A DNA stretch of 64,000 bases. Origin: an uncultured Prochlorococcus sp. (GTDB lineage Bacteria; Cyanobacteriota; Cyanobacteriia; PCC-6307; Cyanobiaceae). Within the stretch, counting starts at the first letter, position 1. Each line of letters opens with the position of its first letter. The stretch lies in the NCBI GenBank assembly GCA_902618335.1, contig CACNAI010000002.1, forward strand, positions 7,828 to 71,827, given 5' to 3'. A program made the translations under genes and the position numbers. Positions 52,143 through 62,053 of the stretch are shown piece after piece. The notes under the pieces are model-generated. The model made no database searches, was not told the origin of the DNA, and saw only the letters and a program-made list of their open reading frames with translations.

Positions 52143-52583
52143 ATGGATATTACTTTTTATTCAAATAGACTTCTTAAATTCCTAGGTACTGGAATAATTA
52201 TCCCTTTAATATTCCTTGAAATTATTACCATAAATAATCAAATCAAAGCCGAAAAAAATTTAATTGCAGCTTCTGAAAAAGATCTTTTTCTATATAGGCA
52301 AATGGGGGCTTCTTATCTATGTATTGCATCAAAAGCTGAAATAGATTTCAAAAAAGGTCTTGGCATTGCCAGTGCCACGTTTGCAAATGTAATAATTGGG
52401 AAACATGGTGGAGTTATTAAAGAATTAGGAGATAAAAAACTTGATGAAAAAAAATTATACAATGCAGGAACATTTCAAATCGTTGGAAGCGCACTTAACA
52501 TTTGCCCAGAAAGCATACCAAAAGATATAAAAAATAATTATAAAAAAAGTTTAAAGCAACTTATTAAAAAAACTAAAAATTAA
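52143..52583 (+). CDS. Conserved picocyanobacterial exported hypothetical protein, 146 aa
   Basis: ORF track; N-terminal hydrophobic helix; LYRQMGASYLC...ICP. Confidence 0.75.
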   Translation: MDITFYSNRLLKFLGTGIIIPLIFLEIITINNQIKAEKNLIAASEKDLFLYRQMGASYLCIASKAEIDFKKGLGIASATFANVIIGKHGGVIKELGDKKLDEKKLYNAGTFQIVGSALNICPESIPKDIKNNYKKSLKQLIKKTKN

Positions 52584-52592
52584 TTTTACTGA

Positions 52593-53588
52593 TTACCTGA
52601 ACATTGAACTAACTGAACTTTCTTCATGAATTCTCCAAATAGCTTCCCCTAACATATTTGCAACAGAAAGAACTTTTAACTGTGGGAAATTTTCTTTAAC
52701 AAGAGTTGGGATACTGTTTGTCACAATGACCTGTTCAAATAAATCCTTCGTACTTAATCTTTCATAAGAGGGAGGAGAAAATACAGCATGAGAGGCACAT
52801 GCGAATATTCTATTAGCTCCTTCTTTTTTTAATAAATTAGCTCCTGAACAAATTGTACCTCCTGTGTCTATCATGTCGTCTATGAGGATAGCAGTTTTAC
52901 CTTTAACTTCACCAATAACAGTTAGACTTTCTGCGATATTATGAGATGCTCTTCTTTTATCAATAATTGCTAAAGGTGCATCTTTCATTTGTTTTGCAAA
53001 TGCTCTTGCTCTAGCAACTCCACCTACATCAGGGGATACAACAACAACCTCCTCTAAATTTAAAGTTTCTAAATAATCAATCAAAACTGGTGATCCATAA
53101 ATATGATCGCACGGAATATCAAAATAACCTTGTATTTGAGCCGAATGCAAATCCATAGCAAGGACTCTATCGACTCCTGATTTTTCAAGTAAATTAGCGG
53201 TGAGTTTTGCTGTTATAGACTCTCGCCCTGAAGTCTTTCTATCTGCCCTTGCATATCCAAAGTAAGGAATAACAGCCGTTATTTGTCTAGCAGAAGCTCT
53301 CTTGCAAGCATCAACCATAATCATAAGTTCCATTAAACTATCGTTTACTGGAGCACATGTTGGTTGTATTAAGAATACATCGCAACCCCTAATAGATTGT
53401 TGAATTTGAACATAAAGCTCTCCATCAGCAAATCTTTTAGATATTAGAGGTACATTTTCAATCCCTAAGTATGATGCAATTTCTTCAGCTAATTTCGGAT
53501 TTGTTGTTCCGCCAACTAGCCTTAATCTACTGTTTGTTAGATTTAAGTTAGATTCTTTATTCTGCACAGCCGTGATAAAACTTGTCAC
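52593..53588 (-). CDS. prs: Ribose-phosphate pyrophosphokinase
   Basis: FADGE, PYFGYARADRK, SPDVGG, DDMIDTGGT. Confidence 0.97.
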   Translation of the reverse strand: MTSFITAVQNKESNLNLTNSRLRLVGGTTNPKLAEEIASYLGIENVPLISKRFADGELYVQIQQSIRGCDVFLIQPTCAPVNDSLMELMIMVDACKRASARQITAVIPYFGYARADRKTSGRESITAKLTANLLEKSGVDRVLAMDLHSAQIQGYFDIPCDHIYGSPVLIDYLETLNLEEVVVVSPDVGGVARARAFAKQMKDAPLAIIDKRRASHNIAESLTVIGEVKGKTAILIDDMIDTGGTICSGANLLKKEGANRIFACASHAVFSPPSYERLSTKDLFEQVIVTNSIPTLVKENFPQLKVLSVANMLGEAIWRIHEESSVSSMFR

Positions 53589-53840
53589 GAAATTAGCAAT
53601 TTAAAACTATAACCTTATCGTAGTCGTTAATGTGAATTTCGCAAAAGATAATTACTAGATCATTTATAAATTAACATCTCTCAAACAAAATTTAAAATAA
53701 AGTAGATTTAAAATCTGAATATTTTTAATTCAGTCAAAAAAGATTTAAAATAATTTGTCAATTAAAAAAAAATTGTATATTGTTTAATTTATATAATAAA
53801 TGATAATTTCATCGTAAAGAATCAAAATATAACTTAAAAA

Positions 53841-55361
53841 ATGTCCATACAAAAAATTCTAACAAAAAAATCATTAGGAGTACTTATACACCCTTCATGT
53901 ATACCAGGAGGAATAGTATGTGGAACTTTTGGAAAAGGTGTTAAAGAGTGGATAAAAAATCTTAATAAGCATGGGATTGAATATTGGCAATTCTTGCCTC
54001 TTACACCTACTGATTCAACAGGGTCTCCATACAGTTCACCTTCTAGTTTTGCACTAAACCCATGGTTTCTTGATACAGACGATTTAATCGAAAAAGGTTT
54101 TATTTTGATTTCTGATAAAGAAGAATTTAGAAGCGCATATCAGAATAAGAATCATATTGATTTTGATGCTGCCAATGATTTAACGAAAAAATTAGGTCAC
54201 CTGCTTTTGCAAGGTTGGAATTCACAATCTGAAGAGAGAAAACTTAATTTTTACGAATGGATTAGTAAGAATTCTTGGGTTGAGGATTATGCAACTTTTG
54301 TTGTTATAAGAGAAAAATTTAATATGTTGCCTTGGTGGGAATGGCCAAAAGAATTTAGAAAAAAAAATAACAATTTTTTAAACTCATGGATCAAGGGAAA
54401 AAGTGAAGAAATACTTATTCAAAAACTAATACAATGGCACTTAGATGAGCAATGGAGATCTATTAAAGACTTTGCAAAATCTAGTAATGTTAAGTTAGTA
54501 GGAGATTTGCCTTTTTATGTATCTAGGGATAGTGCAGACGTATGGAGTAATAAATCACTATTTTCAATTTTAAAAAATGGGGATTTAATTTTTCAAAGTG
54601 GTGTGCCACCAGACTATTTCTCATCAACAGGACAATTATGGGGAACCCCAACTTATTTTTGGTCAAAACACAAGAGGACCAATTTCGATTGGTGGAGAAA
54701 AAGATTTAAAAGGCAATTTGAACTTGTGGACTTATTAAGACTAGATCATTTCAGAGGTCTCGCGGGTTACTGGAGAGTTAATGGAAATTCTAAAACAGCG
54801 ATTTGTGGCAAATGGATAAATTCTCCAGGAAGAACCCTATTAAATAAACTAAAAAATGATTTAAAGACTAATTATTTACCAATTATCGCCGAGGATCTAG
54901 GAGTGATAACGCCAGATGTAGAAAAATTAAGGAAAAAGTTTGAGCTGCCTGGAATGAAAATACTACAATTTGCTTTTGATGGGAAAGAAGATAATCCTTA
55001 TTTACCAAAGAATATTAAAGGTGAAAATTGGGTTGTTTATACAGGTACTCATGACAACTCTACTTCCATCTCATGGTGGGAATGTTTAGATAGTAACGCC
55101 AAATCAAGAATAAGAGATGAGTTTAAAATTTCAGATAATCCTTCATGGGGGTTGATTCAAATTGGTATGCAAACAAAAGCTAATCTCTTTATTGCACCAA
55201 TACAAGATATATTGTCTTTAGACGATTCATGTAGATTAAATATACCTGGGACCACAAAAAACAATTGGAAATGGAAATTAAATCAGTCTTTTGAAGAGAT
55301 AGAATACAATCTTGGAATTTTTAGTGAGCTTGGACGTAATTCTGGAAGAATCAGAAATTAA
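53841..55361 (+). CDS. malQ: 4-alpha-glucanotransferase (GH77)
   Basis: WQ.LPL.PT, GVPPDYFS.TGQLWG, R.DHFRG, AEDLG, YTGTHDN. Confidence 0.95.
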   Translation: MSIQKILTKKSLGVLIHPSCIPGGIVCGTFGKGVKEWIKNLNKHGIEYWQFLPLTPTDSTGSPYSSPSSFALNPWFLDTDDLIEKGFILISDKEEFRSAYQNKNHIDFDAANDLTKKLGHLLLQGWNSQSEERKLNFYEWISKNSWVEDYATFVVIREKFNMLPWWEWPKEFRKKNNNFLNSWIKGKSEEILIQKLIQWHLDEQWRSIKDFAKSSNVKLVGDLPFYVSRDSADVWSNKSLFSILKNGDLIFQSGVPPDYFSSTGQLWGTPTYFWSKHKRTNFDWWRKRFKRQFELVDLLRLDHFRGLAGYWRVNGNSKTAICGKWINSPGRTLLNKLKNDLKTNYLPIIAEDLGVITPDVEKLRKKFELPGMKILQFAFDGKEDNPYLPKNIKGENWVVYTGTHDNSTSISWWECLDSNAKSRIRDEFKISDNPSWGLIQIGMQTKANLFIAPIQDILSLDDSCRLNIPGTTKNNWKWKLNQSFEEIEYNLGIFSELGRNSGRIRN

Positions 55362-55375
55362 GGGTTTATTGAATA

Positions 55376-55867
55376 TTATTTCTTGATTTTATTTTCGAAA
55401 TTTTGAATCTCAATAATTTTTACATTTGAAATAAAGTATCTCTTCAAGATAAATATAGAGAGAATTAATATAAAAAAATATAATAGAGTTCCTTGCCAAG
55501 TATTTATAAGATCGAATTTGCTGAAAATAAAATCTCTTTTCTCTCTTTTAAAATTTGCTACTTCTCTGGTTGCTAATTTTACTAAAGTATATTTTTTTAA
55601 TACTAAACATTCTTCTAGTTTAATTAATATTGATCTTATAAAAGGATACTTTGGTATGAATTTTTTGTTATTACTTTCAATAGAATTTATTGTTTGTTCT
55701 GGAATTTTTGAAATCCGTGACAAATCATGAATGGTTAGATTTTTTTGAATTCTGGCTTCTCTTACTAATTTAGCAATTTCTCCATACTGATCAAATCCTT
55801 CCTGATTCAATACTTTTTTATTTTCAACTTTTTCATTAAAAAAAGATAGATTTTTCAAAATATTCAT
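55376..55867 (-). CDS. RodZ-like helix-turn-helix membrane protein
   Basis: EAR..KNLTI.DLS..SKI....I..IE HTH_25 pattern plus C-terminal TM. Confidence 0.8.
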   Translation of the reverse strand: MNILKNLSFFNEKVENKKVLNQEGFDQYGEIAKLVREARIQKNLTIHDLSRISKIPEQTINSIESNNKKFIPKYPFIRSILIKLEECLVLKKYTLVKLATREVANFKREKRDFIFSKFDLINTWQGTLLYFFILILSIFILKRYFISNVKIIEIQNFENKIKK

Positions 55868-55965
55868 TGAATTTCCTCAAATTTTTTTTGTATTAAATGC
55901 CAATAACCCTTCTTAAGGCTATCAAGCGGAACATAAGGAAAATAAATTTTCTGATTACTCAACTT
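55864..55965 (-). pseudogene. C-terminal relic of an RsuA/RluB-type pseudouridine synthase
   Basis: Frame KLSNQKIYFPYVPLDSLKKGYWHLIQKKFEEIQ* resembles the family C-terminus (L.R..F....L..L..G.W..I); its TGA overlaps the HTH gene ATG (ATGA); in-frame stop immediately upstream. Confidence 0.55.
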
Positions 55966-56039
55966 TTAGAAATAAGTACTTTATTTAATTTAATCAATTA
56001 TATAGATAAATAATCATTATTTAATTACCTAATATAAAA

Positions 56040-57698
56040 CTAAGCTGGTGTAATAATATTTTTAACTGCACTTTTAGCAATATTCAAAGGGCTAAATGTA
56101 TCTCTTATTAAACCTAAAAGTTTTTTTGCATCACCAAGTTCTAATTTGTCATCTTTAATAAGGCTTAGAAGAAGATTTTTTCGAACTTCAGATCCTTTTC
56201 TACTAACAAATAATTTCAATCCAGCATTAGCAACTGGTATTAGGTCTGAATTAATATTCTCATTATCTTTAAATAAAATATTAAGCAGGCTTTCAACTTT
56301 TTCTATTTGAATTCGACCTTCATTATCAAAAACAACTTCTAAAAGAATTTCCAAAATCTCTTCAGAATTATCGGTAAGAAGTTTCTTAGCTATGTAAGGG
56401 TATGCTATTTTTAAAATTTTAAATTCAGGATCTAATCTTAATGCCAAGCCTTCTTGACTAACAACTGCTCTTATTATTAAGGCAAATCTGCTGGGAACTC
56501 TAAATGGATAAGAATACATAAGTTTTGAGAATTTATCAGTTACGTTTTTTAGATTAAAGTTACCAACCTCAGCACCAAAAGAACCGCCAAGAACTTCTTT
56601 TAATGGAACAACAATTTCTTGAAGGTCTTGATTTTTAGTAAGAAAACCTAGTTTCTGGAAATCTTTCGCAAGAAGATAATATTCTTCATTTATTATGTGA
56701 ACAATTGCCTTGATCAAAGTAAGTCTATCTGAATTGGTTATGGTATCCATCATTCCGAAATCAACATAAGCTAAATTCCCACAATCTGCATTTCCCCCTT
56801 TGAGTGCAAACATATTTCCAGGATGGGGATCTGCATGGAAATATCCATATTCAAATAATTGCTGTAGACCACTAATTACACAAGTTTTTATAAAAGAGGC
56901 CGGTATTAAATTATTTTGCTCCAATAAATCCCGATCTCTTAACTTAACACCATCAATCCAAGAGGTAGTAATAACCCTTTTAGATGAAAACTTTTTTTCG
57001 AATCTAGGTATAAAAACATTGGGGTTTTCTTTAAATAAGCCTGCGAATTTTAAAGCATTTTTGCCCTCTTTTTCATAGTCAATTTCATCGAGAAGAGCCT
57101 TACCAAATTCGTCTATTATTTCTCCAATTCCAACGCCTATGTTTAAAGGCAAAAATGGTGAGAAAAAAGATGCTAAAAACCTCAAGATTACAACATCTCG
57201 TCTTATAAGAAAGTACAAATTAGGTCTTTGTACTTTTACCGCCAGAAAAGCATTATTGTCTATTTTCGCTTTATAAACTTGACCTAAGCTTGCTGAAGCA
57301 ATAGGACTATCAGGGAAATCTTCAAATAATTCACTAGCTGGAGCTCCAAGTTCCTCTTCGATTATTTTTAAAGCAATTTTGTGTTCAAAAGGGGGTAGAT
57401 TATCTTGTAAGTTTGTGAGCTCGGCAAGCCAATCTTGTCTAACAAGATCTGGTCTTGTTGAAAGTGCCTGTCCTAATTTTATGAAACAAGGCCCTAAATC
57501 TGTTATTACATCGAAAAGATATTTTGAAAGATTTTTCTGTACATTTTTATTTTTACTGTTACCTTGAAAAAGTATTCTTAAAAAAAGGAAAATAAAAGTT
57601 AAAAGGATATATAAAATTCTTGGTATAAAAATCCATGGTCGCAACATTAACCAAATCAAATCCCCTTTTGCTGAATATTTCGAATAGTTTTGTGTCAT
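56040..57698 (-). CDS. ABC1/AarF (UbiB-like) atypical kinase
   Basis: LGP.FIKLGQALSTRPD, ASASLGQVY, AVKVQRP, FHADPHPGN, DFGM. Confidence 0.94.
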   Translation of the reverse strand: MTQNYSKYSAKGDLIWLMLRPWIFIPRILYILLTFIFLFLRILFQGNSKNKNVQKNLSKYLFDVITDLGPCFIKLGQALSTRPDLVRQDWLAELTNLQDNLPPFEHKIALKIIEEELGAPASELFEDFPDSPIASASLGQVYKAKIDNNAFLAVKVQRPNLYFLIRRDVVILRFLASFFSPFLPLNIGVGIGEIIDEFGKALLDEIDYEKEGKNALKFAGLFKENPNVFIPRFEKKFSSKRVITTSWIDGVKLRDRDLLEQNNLIPASFIKTCVISGLQQLFEYGYFHADPHPGNMFALKGGNADCGNLAYVDFGMMDTITNSDRLTLIKAIVHIINEEYYLLAKDFQKLGFLTKNQDLQEIVVPLKEVLGGSFGAEVGNFNLKNVTDKFSKLMYSYPFRVPSRFALIIRAVVSQEGLALRLDPEFKILKIAYPYIAKKLLTDNSEEILEILLEVVFDNEGRIQIEKVESLLNILFKDNENINSDLIPVANAGLKLFVSRKGSEVRKNLLLSLIKDDKLELGDAKKLLGLIRDTFSPLNIAKSAVKNIITPA

Positions 57699-57762
57699 TA
57701 ATTCTTAAAAAAATCAAAGAAGGATTTCAATTAAATTATTCTATATGCCTCATTAATACTTT

Positions 57763-59154
57763 ATGAGTATTTCATCTTTTCTAACTAAAAAGTTTTTAAA
57801 GTCACTTTTTTTTCCCGCTCATAATAGAGGGAAAGCATTACCCAAAAAATTAATAAAATTATTAAAAAATACTCCTGGCCTTTGGGACTTACCAGAACTC
57901 CCAGAAATAGGCTCACCATTATCCAATAGCGGATTGATTGCTAAATCTCGAAGAGAACTCTCTGAAAAATTTAAAGCTAAAGGATGTTTTTATGGAGTTA
58001 ATGGAGCCTCTGGATTAATTCAATCAGCAGTAATTACCATGGCAAATCCTGGAGACTCTATTTTAATGCCTAGAAATGTACATATAAGTGTTATAAAAAT
58101 CTGCGCGAGTCAAAACATAAGTCCAATATTTTTTGACCTAGAAATTTCATCAGAGACTGGTCATTACAAACCAATAACAAAAAAATGGTTGGAACATGTA
58201 TTTGAAAAAATAAATATAAAAAAGGAAAAAGTTGTAGGTATTATTCTTGTAAATCCAACTTATCAGGGCTATGCCATAGATCAAAAACCTTTAATTGATC
58301 TTTGTCACCAAAAAAATCTACCCGTTTTAGTTGATGAAGCTCATGGTTCTTATTTCCTTTTTTGTGAAAACCTTGATTTACCAAAATCCTCTTTATTATC
58401 CAATGCTGATTTAGTTGTTCATTCATTGCATAAGTCACTAAATGGTTTAACTCAAACTGCAGTACTTTGGTACAAAGGGAATCTAATTAATGAGCATAAT
58501 TTAATTAAGAGTATTAATTTGTTGCAAACTACCAGCCCAAGTTCCTTATTACTTTCTTCTTGTGAAGAGTCAATAAAAGACTGGCTTAATAAAAAAAGCT
58601 TATCAAAATACCAAAAAAGAATTTTGGAGGCAAAAGGTATCTACAAAAAATTAATCCAAAAGAATATTCCTCTCATAGAAACCCAAGACCCCTTAAAAAT
58701 CGTATTGAATACCTCTAAGTTTGGGATTGATGGTTTTACTGCTGATAAATTTTTTTATAAAAATGGTCTTATTGCCGAATTACCAGAAATGATGACTTTA
58801 ACTTTTTGCTTAGGATTTGCAGATCAAAAAGATTTTCTTTATTTATTTGAAAAGTTGTGGAATAAATTACTATTAAATTCTAAAAAATTAAAAAGTTTAG
58901 AAGTACTCCCATCGCCTTTTAAATTAGTTCAAGCACCAGAGATTGAAATTGGAATCGCTTGGCGAAGTAAGACTAGGAGTATTCCTTTCTCTCAGTCATT
59001 AAATAAAATATCTGGGGATATTATTTGCCCTTATCCCCCTGGGATACCCGTAATTGTTCCTGGAGAAAAAATTGATATCGATAGATTTAATTGGATAAAT
59101 AATCAAAGTTTATGCAACAAAGATCTGGTAAATTTTAATATAAGAGTCATATAA
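57763..59154 (+). CDS. Orn/Lys/Arg decarboxylase family PLP enzyme
   Basis: P.H.RG, VNGAS, DEAHG, SLHKS (PLP Lys), TTSPS, PYPPGIP. Confidence 0.9.
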   Translation: MSISSFLTKKFLKSLFFPAHNRGKALPKKLIKLLKNTPGLWDLPELPEIGSPLSNSGLIAKSRRELSEKFKAKGCFYGVNGASGLIQSAVITMANPGDSILMPRNVHISVIKICASQNISPIFFDLEISSETGHYKPITKKWLEHVFEKINIKKEKVVGIILVNPTYQGYAIDQKPLIDLCHQKNLPVLVDEAHGSYFLFCENLDLPKSSLLSNADLVVHSLHKSLNGLTQTAVLWYKGNLINEHNLIKSINLLQTTSPSSLLLSSCEESIKDWLNKKSLSKYQKRILEAKGIYKKLIQKNIPLIETQDPLKIVLNTSKFGIDGFTADKFFYKNGLIAELPEMMTLTFCLGFADQKDFLYLFEKLWNKLLLNSKKLKSLEVLPSPFKLVQAPEIEIGIAWRSKTRSIPFSQSLNKISGDIICPYPPGIPVIVPGEKIDIDRFNWINNQSLCNKDLVNFNIRVI

Positions 59155-59169
59155 TCATAGAAATTTGAT

Positions 59170-60027
59170 ATGAGATTAAGAAGTGGATTACTTATAGGAA
59201 TATTTGGTCTAATTGTTGTTCTATTGGGGGGATGGTTTTTTACATTAGCAACAGCTTTGCTTACTTATCTGGCATTATTAGAATTTTTTAGAATGGCAGA
59301 ATTTAAAGGAATAAAAACAGCTACAAAAACTACATTGTTTTCATCTTTCGTTATTATAATTTCTACTTATCTTGAGACCATAGGTGTGCTTGAAAACGAA
59401 ATATCAAATTCGATTCTGCCTATCTGTTCAGTTGGAATATGCACATGGTTACTTTTGCAACCAAAACCTGGAACAATTTCAGATATTGCAGCTTCTATTT
59501 TTGGTCTATTATATTTAGGTTTTTTACCCAGTTACTGGATTAAGTTAAGAGGGTTAGAGTCTGTGATAATAAGTTCAAATCAAGGTTTTATTTCGTTTGA
59601 AAACTTATCCAATACCACTGGGCTTCACTTGACTTTAACTTCTTGTTTTTTAATTGTTGCTAGTGATATTGGTTCTTATTTTATTGGTAAGTCATTTGGT
59701 AAAAAATCTCTTTCTCCAATATCTCCAAGCAAAACAATAGAAGGTTTAGTTGGAGGAATATCCTGTTCAATTATACTTGCAGTATTTTTCGCATTTTTAC
59801 TGAATTGGGAAAATCCATTATTAGTTGGAATTTTATACGGAATTTTAATTTCTCTTATGGCATTAGTTGGAGACTTAATTGAATCAATGATGAAGAGAGA
59901 TGCAAAAATTAAAGATTCCGGAACTTTTTTACCGGGACATGGAGGGATTCTTGACAGAATTGACAGCTACATTTTCACTCCATCAGTTTTGTATTACATT
60001 TTTATACTTCTAAAGTATCTAAACTAA
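59170..60027 (+). CDS. cdsA: Phosphatidate cytidylyltransferase
   Basis: SD..SYF.GK.FG, ISPSKT.EG, GDL.ES..KR...KDSG..LPGHGG.LDR.DS. Confidence 0.95.
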   Translation: MRLRSGLLIGIFGLIVVLLGGWFFTLATALLTYLALLEFFRMAEFKGIKTATKTTLFSSFVIIISTYLETIGVLENEISNSILPICSVGICTWLLLQPKPGTISDIAASIFGLLYLGFLPSYWIKLRGLESVIISSNQGFISFENLSNTTGLHLTLTSCFLIVASDIGSYFIGKSFGKKSLSPISPSKTIEGLVGGISCSIILAVFFAFLLNWENPLLVGILYGILISLMALVGDLIESMMKRDAKIKDSGTFLPGHGGILDRIDSYIFTPSVLYYIFILLKYLN

Positions 60028-60038
60028 TTTTAGAATTT

Positions 60039-60938
60039 TTATTCCCAAAAATAATCTTGGATAATCTTACAAGTTAATGATGGTAAATCTATATGAGGAA
60101 GATGACCACAATTTTTCAATCCTACAAAATTCAACTTTTTAATTTTGCTAATTTTTTTAATCTCTTTTTTTCCAAGAATACGATCATTTTCTCCACATAA
60201 TGATTTAATTGGGATATTTTTGATATATTTATATGTTCCCGCAAACCCTCCACTTTTTGCAAATGACGCTAGTGAATTTCTCCAACCCTTACAACCTAAA
60301 TGAATTGAGGCAATTTGCTCTTCCATTTCGCCCACACATTCATCTGGGAAAGCAAATGCTTGCCTACAAAGACTCTTTCTGACCCGGGGCAAGCCAAGAA
60401 ATGAGGCTCCAATTTGGTTTAGAGGGAAGGGGATACTCTTAGGCTCTCCGAATAGTCCAGCGGGGGATAAAAGAATTATCTTATCAATTGAATCATTGAT
60501 TTCAAAAGCAAGTTTTAAAGCTGTTGAGCCTCCCATTGAGGCCCCAACAATTTTTAAATTTTTTGTTATTTGTAGGGTCTTAAGGAGATCAATTAAATAT
60601 GAAATTATTTTCGAGGGGTTGTATTCATTTGTTGCACACCTAGGGCTAAAACCAAACCCTAACAAATCAGGAACTATAACTTGGTAATTACTTTTTAATG
60701 ATTGATATATTCTCCTAAATTCTAAAAAACTACTATCAAATCCATGGAGGAGGATTATAGGTTGGCCTTTTCCTCCTATAACTACAGGGAATTTCGAAGA
60801 GTTCCATTCTTCATTAAGTTTGATCCACTTAATGTCACTTGCTAAATAAACACCTAATGGATCTATGAGAGATTTTTTGGCGCTCTCAAAAAAATCAACA
60901 TTCAAATCACTAAGTTTTTCGAATTGGGTTTTAGTCAA
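60039..60938 (-). CDS. Alpha/beta fold hydrolase
   Basis: LLHGF, DLLGFG, GASMGG, CGHLPH. Confidence 0.9.
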   Translation of the reverse strand: MTKTQFEKLSDLNVDFFESAKKSLIDPLGVYLASDIKWIKLNEEWNSSKFPVVIGGKGQPIILLHGFDSSFLEFRRIYQSLKSNYQVIVPDLLGFGFSPRCATNEYNPSKIISYLIDLLKTLQITKNLKIVGASMGGSTALKLAFEINDSIDKIILLSPAGLFGEPKSIPFPLNQIGASFLGLPRVRKSLCRQAFAFPDECVGEMEEQIASIHLGCKGWRNSLASFAKSGGFAGTYKYIKNIPIKSLCGENDRILGKKEIKKISKIKKLNFVGLKNCGHLPHIDLPSLTCKIIQDYFWE

Positions 60939-60946
60939 AAAGATAA

Positions 60947-62038
60947 TTAAACTTTTATTTTTTGTTGTTCAAAATTTGCAATAACCTCAACTATATCCTT
61001 TTTATGGATTTCAAAAGGCAAGAAGTGAATCTCAGATTTATCTCGGCAAGTAAAATCAGCAATTTTCTCTAAATTATTATTTTCAAAAACATTTATTCCC
61101 AATTCTGCAATAGTAGTTGGTAAATTCAATCCTTTCATAAGCAACAACAATTGTTTAATTGATTGATCAGCCAATTTATTATTATTTTTCATTTCTTCTA
61201 GTCTTAATTGCAATAATAATCCAACACCAACAATCTCACCATGTAAGAATTTATTTGGGGTGATTATCTGAGTAATTGCATTATGAATAGCATGTGCTGC
61301 AGCAGTCCTACATTTTTCTCCCCCAATACCACCAACTAATCCTGCTGTAAGCCCACACGCCTCTACAGTATTTCGCCAAGAAATATTGTTTTCAAGTTCA
61401 GCCTTAAATGCTTTTTCACCATCTATTAGTAGTTGATCTCTTAAAACTCTTGATATCTGTATTGCTTGTTGAACAAGACCATCATCTATTTTAGAACTTG
61501 TTATTGAGGATTCATACCATTTCGCCAAAGCATCAGCTATACCACTTGCGAGTGTTCTCGAGGGAGCTGTTTGAATAAATTTATGATCATAAACAAGGAT
61601 TTTTGGACAAGATCCTAAGGTAACATCCTTTATAAATTGGCCCTTCTTTGTATAAATATTAGATAAGGCTGTCCATCCTGCACAAGTAGAGGCACTAAGA
61701 GGAACAGTAATACAGGAAATGTTAAGGCAATCAGCTATATATTTGCCAGAATCTAGAACTTTGCCCCCTCCAGCAGCAATAACAGAATCATGACTATTCT
61801 CTAAAACGATATTCTTTATTCTTGAAATATCTTCATAACAACAATCGAATTGTAAATTAGCAGTATTAACGTTGAGGGCTTCATTTTTTAAATCAATAAA
61901 AATTTTATTTCTCAGGTTATTTGTATTTATACCTCTACCAAGAATTAATGGATTTTTTGTTAATTTAGCAATTTGAGGTAAAGATTTTTCCCAAGCATAA
62001 TCTCCTCTGTATATAGTTTCTGGAGATATTGACTGCAT
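60947..62038 (-). CDS. gldA: Glycerol dehydrogenase-like iron-containing alcohol dehydrogenase
   Basis: GGGK.LD.GK, ASTCA, GIADALAKWYE, AHAIHN, HGE.V. Confidence 0.88.
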   Translation of the reverse strand: MQSISPETIYRGDYAWEKSLPQIAKLTKNPLILGRGINTNNLRNKIFIDLKNEALNVNTANLQFDCCYEDISRIKNIVLENSHDSVIAAGGGKVLDSGKYIADCLNISCITVPLSASTCAGWTALSNIYTKKGQFIKDVTLGSCPKILVYDHKFIQTAPSRTLASGIADALAKWYESSITSSKIDDGLVQQAIQISRVLRDQLLIDGEKAFKAELENNISWRNTVEACGLTAGLVGGIGGEKCRTAAAHAIHNAITQIITPNKFLHGEIVGVGLLLQLRLEEMKNNNKLADQSIKQLLLLMKGLNLPTTIAELGINVFENNNLEKIADFTCRDKSEIHFLPFEIHKKDIVEVIANFEQQKIKV

Positions 62039-62053
62039 CTTTAATTTGTATAA

